Shown here piece by piece: positions 39,874 to 50,360 of a DNA stretch of 64,000 nt. A program made the translations under genes and the position numbers. Each line of letters opens with the position of its first letter. The first letter of the stretch is position 1. The stretch comes from Amphiscolops sp. MND2022. Taxonomy: Eukaryota. The DNA is taken from NCBI GenBank assembly GCA_964187785.1, contig OZ076413.1:44146001-44210000 (forward strand). The letters are read 5' to 3'. The notes under the pieces were generated by a model. That model was not told the DNA's origin, did not search any database, and saw only the letters and a program-made list of their open reading frames with translations.

Positions 39874-42800
39874 ATGGCAGAACGAAACACAGTACCAAAC
39901 CTAGAAGCAAAAGCTACCGACGGAAACCCGGTTTTCACACCGAAACAATGGCTAGAGCGATTCCGGCAATTTTGCAAACGGGAACATAAAATAGACATCG
40001 CACCATTACTAAAAGGTGAAGAGATCACGGACACCGGATGGACCGGAAAAGAACAAGCCATACAAGAAGACTTCATATGGGGTGTGGGACCGGAAGCACT
40101 CTATCAGATAACAAGGGCCGAATATAAAACGGAACCCGACAGCATAAAAATAAAAGATCTAATCCGGTTATTTACCGAGTTCTACATGCCGAAAAGGAAC
40201 ACTTACCACAACCGAGGAGATTTCTTCTGGGCAAAACAGACCGAAGAAGAAACACCGGAAGAATTCTGGAGACGGCTAATTGAAATTGAAAAAGAATGTA
40301 ACTTCAACACGATCTCGGCTGAAGAATTACTAATATCGAAATACATGACAGCAATCACCGATAAAAAATTACGGGACAAAATAATGAAGGAAAAAACTCT
40401 GGAAATGAAGAAGATAATCGAATTGATAAAACAGAATACGTATGAAAAGAAAAACAAAAAGAACACAATCCCGGAAGCTTTGATATCAACGAAAGAGAAA
40501 CACATAATAAAAGAAGAACCAATACAAAGAATGGAAAGACTCGGAACAAGACTGAAAAACAGAAACTTCAGTAACCGACCGTGCAGATTCTGTAATGCCC
40601 CAAACTGGACACCATTACACAAATGTCCCGCAACAGACGCGAACTGCAACAAATGCGGAAAGAAACGACACCACGCGAAAGCATGCAGACAGAAATTCAA
40701 CAACAACCGAACAGTGAAAAGACTAACCGAAGATGAAATGAACGAACCGAACGAATCATCATGCGAGTCAGAAGAAAGCATACACCACATAAAAGAAATC
40801 AAGAAAATCGAAGAAACGAACAAACACTACACCGCGAACGTGAAAATCAACGGAGTAATAAAAGAATTCATAATCGACACCAGGTCACCAATATCAATAA
40901 TGCCACCGGACAAACGAATAATGAAAACAACCGAATTACAAAAAGTATCTAACCGATACCAAGATGTCAACAAGAACGAAGTAAAATTCCGGGGAAAAAT
41001 TCCGGTAAATATCGAATACGAGAAAAACAAACAGAAAATGGAAATTTTAATAACCGAAAGAACCGACATCACACCTTTATTAGGCATGGGCTGGATGAAA
41101 ACTTTCAAACTAACTATCGGAAGAATACAATTGGCCGAAAGCAACCAATCAGAAAGAGAGAAAATATTCGGAAAATTCCAAGGCCTATTTGAAAACAACG
41201 AAACAATAAAAGACACCGAAATTAATATCCAGCTCAAACCGGGACACTACCCGATTAAACAAAAAGCAAGAGCGGTACCACTACATCTACAAGAAGATGT
41301 CGAAAGAGAATTGAAGAAACTAATCCGAACCGGACATCTAGAAAAAATAAATGATGTAGACGAAGACTGTTTCGTATCACCGGTAGTGATCACAGTGAAA
41401 AGCGACAAATCGGTAAAGATAGCACTTGATTCACGAAAACTAAACGACAGCTGCATAAAAATGAGACCCCATATGCCGAACATGGAAGAACTGTTAAACC
41501 AAATTTCGGTGGAAATCACACGCGACCGGACAGCACAATTATTCATGTCAAAGATTGACTTAGATTACGCATACGGACAAATGAAATTATCAGAAGAGAC
41601 AAGCCGACAATGCGTATTTGCATTAACCGGAGGAAATTTTAGCGGATACTACCGATTTAAAAAAGGGTTTTACGGTCTCGCCGACATACCCACAATTTTC
41701 CGAAATAGACGGAAAAAATAGACCGAACCCTTGAATACTGTACACCGGCGTGGCTAGACGACATAATAATAGTAACACGGGGAAGTAAACAAGACCACGA
41801 AAAGAAACTATTTGACGTCCTGGATAAACTAGAAAAAGCTGGATACCGGGCAAGCAAAAAGAAACCCGAATTCTTCATGAAGGAAACAAAATGGCTCGGA
41901 CACGAAATAAATGAGAACGGAATAAAACCGAACGACGAGAAAGTGGAAGCAATATTAAAACTAAAACCACCGGAAAACACAAAAGATCTGAAATCATTTC
42001 TCGGTGCTATACAATATATGGCAAAATTTCTACCGAAACTTTCGGAACAAACAGACCGACTGAGAAAATTATTGAAAAAGAACGAACCATGGATATGGGG
42101 ACCGGAACAAGAGACGGATTTCAACCGAATAAAACAAATGTTAACCGAAGGTCCGTGTTTAGCGCACTATGCAAAAGACAAAGATAACATGGTGACAACC
42201 GATGCCAGCAAAACCGGACTCGGTATAACATTATGGCAGAAACAAGACGACGGAAATATAAAACCGATTGCATACGGAAGCAGATATTTAAACGATACCG
42301 AAAAAAACTACTCAATCGGTGAATTGGAACTACTAGCAGTAGTTTGGGGATTAGAAAAATTCCGATTCCACCTCTACGGAAAGAAAGTGTATTTATACAC
42401 AGACCACCAAGCACTGGAACCATTAATAAAACGAAATCAGTGCAATAAACAATACAGTGCAAGATTAACTCGGTGGCTAGACCGACTAGCACATTTTGAC
42501 ATCGCAATACAACACATCGCGGGAAGCAATTTGTAATTCACGGACTACCTCAGTAGAAATCCGGTAGAGGGAGCTACACCGGAAGATAATTACGATGAGG
42601 AATATGTAATTAACATATTATCCGAACAAGCGAAACTAAACGCAAAATACGGACAATTATTCGCCGACCAATCAGATACCAGCAAACGCGTAACCGAAAT
42701 AGAAAACAGTAGATCGGAAAACAAAACTGAGCAACAAAACAACCAATCACAAGCGAGTAGAATATTCGAGAACAAAAACGGCGTGAACAAAATAAACCGA

Positions 42801-45089
42801 AACGAGAAAAGCACATCCGGGCAGTCCGATATTAGCGCGTCAAAATTAAGCTGCTCTTTGAACCATCAAAACATTATCCAAAAGAAGAATTTAAATACGG
42901 AAATTACCGAAATGGACAGAGACAATTTTTACCATTGGGGCGCAACAAGAGAGATTATGGAGATAATCCGGAGGAGAAATAAAAGCCCGGAAACACGCAG
43001 ACTTGTCGATTTGAGAAACAACTTATCAAAGCCAGGAACACTGAGAAGGAGATACGATCCGCACACACAACGGACAATATTCGCACCAACCCGTCCAAAT
43101 AAGCGTAGCCGAGAAGAAATCGCGGAGATAGACGCGGAACTGATACAGCGAACAAATCGACTCGGAGGAGGCTACCATCCACTTACCGAAGAAACAGGAG
43201 AACCCCAGAATACAGAAGAAGGCGAAATCGAACCCGAACAGCCGGAAACAGAGGAAGACAGTCTAATCCTGAGAGGAGACAACTTGCCAATAGTGGACTT
43301 GAGCAAGTTCAACACAGAAGGGAAAGAGGCCCACTATATTCAGATAAATCATATTGTGGGAAAGTTATCCGGAAACAAAAAGATAACCGAAGACACAATA
43401 AAGAAGGCCGAATTCGAATTCATGATGGACCTGAAGACCCTCATAGCAAGAACAGCCATCGATCCCGAACTCACAAGAGTTAGAATCAGCATGAGACGGG
43501 AAGACAGAGAAGCAACTCCCGAAGGCTACAAACAAGTATTCGGAAAACTCTCAATCCGATGGGGACTCATTTTTATGGACGACCAGATCGTAGTTCCGGT
43601 GGATCTCCGAAGACGACTACTCGACATTCTACATTTCGGCCACGCCGGCTTAACGAAGATGACAGCCGAAGCCAAAATCTTCTGGTGGCCAAACATTACT
43701 CGGGACATCGAAAATAAGGCCAAAGACTGCACTGCCTGCCTTGCTTCAGGTAAAAATTTAAAATATCAATTACCGAAAAATCATTACGGAAATTTGAAAG
43801 CATTAACCGAACCGGGCCAAGAAATACAAATCGACTTTACCGGAAAACTTCATAACAAAAAAATAAACGGAGACGTACAAATCTTGATAGCAATAGACCG
43901 CTTCAGCAAATGGCCTACGGTCAAAATTTGCAAAACCGCCGAAACGAAAGAAGTTATTAACTTTCTAACGAATAACTTTAATTTATACGGGTTACCGGAA
44001 AAAATTAAATCCGATAAAGGGGGAGCCTTTATCTCAAAAGAGTATAGAGAATTTTGTAGAAGCCGAAATATAGAAATTGAATATTGTACACCCCGACTAC
44101 ATACGGGAAACGGAGCTGTCGAACGGGCAATACAAACTTTAAAAAATCTTATGCTAACCAACCTGGAAGAAGGTATCGAGTTGAATGAAAGCATAAACCG
44201 GGCGCTCCGAGTAGTGCGTTTCACAATACATACCGGACTAAAAAGAACACCATTTGAATTACACCACGGTAGAAAACCGAGAACCGAATTACCTAACATA
44301 GTTAAAGACGGGAAAACGTATTTATCGGATTGGTCAGAAATGTCTATTTCAGCACCAAATAAACCGAAGATTCCCATCTATGTGGGTCGGGATGCCGATG
44401 GTGAAATCACAAATCACATAATCATGGCAAAGACCAAGGCAGAAGAAAAACAGGCAAACGAAGGCCCAAAATCACCGAAGAAGAAAAATTCGGTTAGCTA
44501 TCCTTTTAAATTTGTAGAAAAAAACCACAACAAAAAATCACTTGAAGGGAGATTTCAAAAGAAAATACAAACCGCAATTGACGGAACCGAGAACACCGTA
44601 AAAACAGATACGGGAAAAATAATACACCGAAAATTCATTTCGGGACCACTGTTTCAGACCGAGAAGAAAAACGTGAGAGACACGGTACTAACCAATGCCG
44701 AAATAACACCGAAAAACCGACACTGCTTGAGAGGTCTGGACGGAAAGTACGGCCGATGGGATGAGATACTGCGCGACATCCAAAACGGCAAACTCAAAAT
44801 TGTCCAGAACCGGAAAGTCAGTGTATCAGAAACGGAAGATGAGGACGATGATGATGACGAAGAAATGCCGGAAGAAATCGGTAGCCGAACATATGACACG
44901 TCAGAACGAAATGGTCGGTACCAGCCGATTCAAACCAACCCCGAGGAGGATGCAATCCAAATCCACACGGATGGCGACGAAATCCCACAGGGTGAGAACA
45001 CTGATAATAAAATACGGCGATCTAGCTGAAACATAAATAAACCGAATAGATACGGTAGCGTACCTTACACTGGAAATTTTTGGGGATAA
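39874..45089 (+). pseudogene. Single-frame gag-pol of element 2, lightly disrupted
   Basis: Gag knuckles, protease IIDTRS (DTG to DTR), RT WLDD, RNase H, integrase HFGH..CxxC and D,D,E. Frameshift near 41705, TAA at 42534, TGA at 45027 inside RRSS(R)NINKPNRYG. Confidence 0.95.
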
Positions 45090-45251
45090 AAGTAAAAATG
45101 TTCATGTTGTTACAGGCTCAAATTGGATCTCTCGAAAGGGAACACCAGTGCCACAAACGACGCACAAACCAGCCGACTTCATGCCCGAGGACATAACCCC
45201 CCCAGGAACCTCAGCAACAAACTAAGGAAAACCCGAAGAGAGAGGGGGAAA

Positions 45252-45455
45252 TGTAATACGGTTGATTCCGAATGACCTTTACCGAGCTCCGGTCTAGACT
45301 CTTTAGACAACCATACAAGTTGTTTACATACAAACTTGAAAATAGAATACAATTTATATACATTTAGTATATACTTTGGTTACAAAATAGTCGTGCTGAA
45401 TACACATTATATTTTATCATCTTGTCCTATATTAACCTAGCTTAGAGATAGAACA
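45252..45455 (+). repeat. 3' LTR of element 2
   Basis: Matches 39619-39822; followed by TSD CCAGA. Confidence 0.95.
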
Positions 45456-47272
45456 CCAGAATCGTAACTTATCACGATCGACAGAATACTAAGATTATAA
45501 AAACACTATACCTTCGGTACAAGCAGTCGAGACTCAATCTAAAGGATCATTTCACCCAAAAACAACTATTTCTACTCGTTTTCATTATCAAAATGCTCCA
45601 ACCTGTTGAAACAAATTTGCGCGAAAAATTACGATAACGTATTCTGCTTCCAAACTTCTGACGAGAATCCTTATAACTCCTCGCCTGTTTAAGACTGAGA
45701 AACGCGAATGTACCAAATGAAAGCTCATTTCAAGTCAAGGGCTTTTGAAAACTTGTAACTTATCACTCCTGTTGATTCCAGCGATGGAGAAAAATGCTCT
45801 CAAACGTCCAGAGCCACTATAGGAATTACACAGGGAACACTTAGAAATCCTGAAGTTTTTGTAAATTTATACCTCCAGCTTTCTTTGAGCCTGTTTCAGC
45901 AGCCCCATTACTGCTAGAAACGGCGGTCATTGCCCCAGTTTGGGTTATGATTCAGCTCAAGACTTTTATGACGCCGTTGTTGCCGATAGTTTTGCAATTG
46001 ATAGAACAATTTAATCAGTGCCTCCTTAAATAAACAGCATCTTCAATGCCTCTTCAATTCATCTAAATAAACAGGACTCTTCAATCAAATTTTATACCTT
46101 GCTAACAGAAAATTGTCATGTCCAACAATGTAAATCTGCATAGATGTTGATTTTTGTTGACTTCTTTTCAGATTTCTTCTGGCCAAATAGGATTTTACAA
46201 TGAAATTTTTCTTGAGAACATGACTCTCTTGATAAGATCTTACCATGGCAAGATTGTTTCAAGATCTTGCCATGATCTTACTAAGATATCCATGGAGGGT
46301 GAACCCGGGCTTCCATAAAAAGATTAACTGATTCCTTTATCAGTTATATAATAATTTTCAAAACAGACAGAAAAGACTTTGATGATCCTCGAATTGTTTT
46401 CTTTCACTTTTCTTCTTTTGTGAAATACTCAATTTTTTCCTCCTCTCCTAGTTTTCTTGTTGACATTAAAGTATTCAATAGCTCAATAGCCACCGCGATG
46501 CCTCTTCTTTTCAATGAGGTCGCTGAACACTACGGAAGAAGTCAAATCATTAGAAAAGCAATTCACACACTTTTCGACTGCTTTTTCCGCTCATTCACAT
46601 GTTTCTTGAGATAATGAATTACGATACCCAAATTTCCCATGTTCTGGTTCACCCAACGACAAGCTATCAAATTTCCCCATTGCGTGTCTTCTAATTATTG
46701 ACTTTTTTGCAAAACAACACGCCCACTGAGCTTCTTGATATTTTCGGCGGTGATCTATTTTAGCAACAACGACATTTCAGACAACTATTTAGAGCATTGC
46801 CAGAGTCGGAATACCTCCGCAAATACATATCCTACAAACCTATCATTTCTGTTGTATTTTTTGAGAGAACTCTATCTTTGGTTTAAAAAATTGAAACGTT
46901 GCAAAGTTTGAAGCAAAAAGAAGTTTAGCATGTACACACATGAATTGAAGAAATTCTCACGGAAACTTCCGTGTATTATGGAACAAAGTGGAAATGTTTT
47001 GTTTAGAAAAAAAATAAGACTTGCTTGTATGAAAGCAGTTCGGAAAATTTTCCAGTAGGTTCAACTGGGGATGAAATTTTTAAATCTTCACCTTTTCCTT
47101 TGTTAAAAATCCATCTTAACAGATGAGCTATTCCGAACTGCAATATTTTACCTTTGCATATGGCACGTTATAATTGGCGGTTGTTACTGAAGCATTTGTG
47201 CTTTGAAGCACGTCTGCTATGTCGCAGAGTGAAAAATCAAAACTCGTAAATCAAAATAATGTCTCGGTTTGA

Positions 47273-47897
47273 GGGAGTGACAGATTTCGTCCCAAACAGA
47301 TTTCGTCCCACATGGAAATTTTGACAGATTTCGTCCCACACAGATTTCGTCCCATTTTTTAACATTAAAACAGATTTCGTCCCATTTTTGACAGATTTCG
47401 TCCCAAATAATTATTATAACGTAGTCAGCTATGTTCACATACCCCTAGTGCCCTAAATGCAGGAGCGAAGCGAAGCGGAGCGACGTGCCATATGGCCATG
47501 CCTCAATGTTGCTACTTGGCGAAGGGAGCGAAGCGACCGAGCCATACAACGAATATGCTAACCTCTTCAAAAAAAATCAAGTTTCATACATAATGGCTGT
47601 AACAGCACCGAATGAAGAATCACCGAATAGATTATACCGATTAGTGCTTAATTTTGTGTATAGCATAGAATAATTTCCCATACTATTAGTAATCCGGGAC
47701 AAAATCTGTCAAAAATGGGACGAAATCTGTCAAAAATGGGACGAAATCTGTCTAAAATGGGACGAAATCTGTGTGGGACGAAATCTGTCAAAAATGGGAC
47801 GAAATCTGTTAAAAATGGGACGAAATCTGTTTGGGACGAAATCTGTCAAAATTCGACGTGGGACGAAATCTGTCTGGGACGAAATCTGCCACATTCC
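47273..47897. mobile_element. Mutator-like foldback MITE d
   Basis: CAGATTTCGTCCCA arrays inverted at the ends; 9-10-bp TSD (C)TCGGTTTGA. Confidence 0.88.
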
Positions 47898-49161
47898 TCG
47901 GTTTGAAATTGTTCAAAACTGATGTTGATAGATTTTATCGAATAGCACTTCTTAGAATACTGTCAATTATTATATTTCTTGCATCTTTGTCAAAAAAAAT
48001 TAACAAAATCTCCCAATTTCAAAAAATTTTTTTCTTGAAAATTTTTCAAGAAAAAAAATGGATGTAGACTGCCACGATCTCGCTCTTTAACCAATAAACA
48101 ACATAGCCTTATATAACACTGTATTTCATTGGATATGATTATTACAAATTTGATAATAATTAATTGAAAGAAATTAATCATCATTTGAAAGATCATTGAT
48201 ATAATTATCGTACTTCAATGTTGACAACAAAACAATAAATATTCGATATTTAGTAAATATCATTGTAATATCTTTGATAAATTGTTGAGTTTCAAGCATA
48301 AATAAACAGTTTCTTTGTAAATTTCTCCAAGCTTCAGTTCGAATTAGGTTTCTGTGCCGACTTTGTTGTCGTTATCTTCTTAATCAACTTTCTTCGCTTC
48401 AGTCAAATACTTCGGAAGGATTCGATTGTTCATTCATTAGCTTCAAATGCATTCATTTGATAATTGAGTAATAATGGGAAATAAAAGAAAAAAAACATAT
48501 CCAATATTGAGGCAAAATCCAATAGCAAACTTTGAATACCTTATTTATTTTTTTCTGAAATTTGACTTTTTTCTGAAACTTTTTCACAAATTATTTCGAG
48601 GTTCCCTTGGTATCTTTTTTCAACAATTTATCGTATGTCGATGTTCTTTAACACGACAAATAGCTTAAATCGAACGCATGATCCATGATATATGCGAAAA
48701 AGCGGCCTGAAGTTGTATCGGTTCAAGTGACCTTGACAAGATTCTGCGAAAATAGTGCATGGAACAAGGTGTGTCCCTACAGATTTTATAAACGGTCTCA
48801 GACATACTAGGATGAAATGTGGAATCCAATTTTTGGACTTGTAAACTAATTGCGGGGTCCATAAACTGGTGTACTGGAAGATATAATGGGACGGAATAGT
48901 GCCACTAATTTGTCCAAAACAAGCCTTTTACTGCAGTCCAGGGCGCCCATAAACAGTGCAGCCTCGCTTGAGGAGACGAAATGAAATCAATTAGAACGAG
49001 GTACGAAAAAATTATTTGTTGTTTCCTTTTTCCAGCTAATAGTTTAGCCAACTTGAAAAAATGGTACGTAAATGTAATGACAAAAAATTCTCGTACATTG
49101 CCAAAATTTTGCATGGATTTGAAGTTTCTAGCAAAAATACATTTGTTCTTGACAGAAAAGT

Positions 49162-50360
49162 AACAAGCCGAGAACGGCCAAAGTCGGCGCTATATCTAAG
49201 GCTCAAAAAGTGCAAAATTTTCAAAATATGCTCATGACGTTTTTTTATGAAAAACTCACAAAAAAGTTTCACCCCGAGGAAGCCTTCCGTGCTGGGAAAA
49301 CGCTTCAGAGGTTCGGATATAGCGGCTGGGACAAATGCGGGCACTTGTTTTCGAACCTCCGCCTCCTCCTCAGTGAAACGGAATATACTTCGGAAATAAC
49401 GTCAAAATATCGGATATAGCGCTTTACTCCGGATATTACGTTCAAATTTCGGATAGTATTGAAAAAATATTGGTGGATATGTATTGAGAAAACCTAATGT
49501 CAGATGAAAAATGACAATTTTGAACAGTCTCATAGTGCCGAAAAATCTGAAAGGAGGGACACTTTGGGATTTTCAAACATCTATTATGTTCCAAAATATC
49601 AAAAAAAATTGAAGGGGGGATCCTTTGGTACAATCAAAAAGTTTTCGAAAAAAAGTCTCATAGTGCCGAAAAAAATCCAAGTTAAAAACACCCAGATAGC
49701 CAAAGTGGGGATCCTTAGTTGTTTTCAAGGTTCTGGACGTCGGTTTTATAATTTTGGATGAGGTTCTAAGGTTTGCGGTATGTTTTGGTCAATCTGAACA
49801 AATGAACAAAAAAGTGGACCTTTCGTGTCTTAGAAAAACCGTACGGCGACAACTCATATCAAGCGACAACTCATATCAGGCGACAAGTCATATCAAGTTG
49901 AAAAAGCGACAACTCATATCAAGCGACAACTCATATCAATCAAAACTCATATCAGAAAATTAAAGTCTGTATAAGAAAATTTTCTCCAAATAATTCATTA
50001 GATAATTAGAGAAAATTAGGTAATTGATAAGTAATTATTAGAAATTGAAAAATAGTAACAAGAGTTCATGGTAAATATCAGTGTAATTTTGGAATTTCTA
50101 ATTGCAGTTAATTATGTTTGTTAATAATTTGTTCTTGAAGTAAAATTTAGGTATTTGTAACCTATTGGCAAACTTGATATGAGTTGTCGCTTTTTCCATA
50201 TTGATATGAATTATCGCTTGATATGAGTTGTCGCCTTTTCAAATTGATATGAGTTGTCGACTGATATGAGTTGTCGCTTGATATGAGTTGTCGCTATGCC
50301 AAAAAAACTACCCACTGTAAGAGTCGGGCACATTTTCTACTAAAATGCGCCGACTAAAAA
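49162..50360 (-). mobile_element. Helentron/DINE-1-like element, copy C (contains MITE e)
   Basis: Same termini as copy A: AACAAG-hairpin-AGTCGGCGCTATATCTAAGGCTC ... AGTCGGGCAC..GCGCCGACTAAAAA. Confidence 0.68.
49840..50300. mobile_element. Mutator-like foldback MITE e
   Basis: GCGACAACTCATATCAA arrays inverted at the ends; probable 8-bp TSD AGAAAAAC/AAAAAAAC. Confidence 0.8.

Larger units (their letters stand above)
39619..45455 (+). mobile_element. Full-length Ty3/Gypsy (Mag-like) LTR retrotransposon 2
   Basis: 204-bp TGT...ACA LTRs identical by eye, 5-bp TSD CCAGA, PBS, PPT GAAGAGAGAGGGGGAAA (45235-45251). Confidence 0.97.
39526..46309. mobile_element. CCC-ended non-autonomous DNA transposon (CACTA/EnSpm-like) hosting LTR element 2
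   Basis: 15-bp TIR CCCGGGTTGACCCTC / GAGGGTGAACCCGGG (1 mismatch), 2-bp TSD CT, subterminal AAGATCTT/CCATGG repeats. Confidence 0.7.

Noticed and set aside
40203..44899. Long minus-strand ORFs within the retroelements
   Set aside because: Antisense shadows of A-rich gag-pol, rich in F/S/L and with no motifs.
47217..48067. ORFs with WDEIC or GRNLS repeats
   Set aside because: Translations of MITE d arrays.
14600..50300. Short repeat arrays as CRISPR
   Set aside because: No unique spacers, inverted arrangement with TSDs, eukaryotic context and no cas genes.
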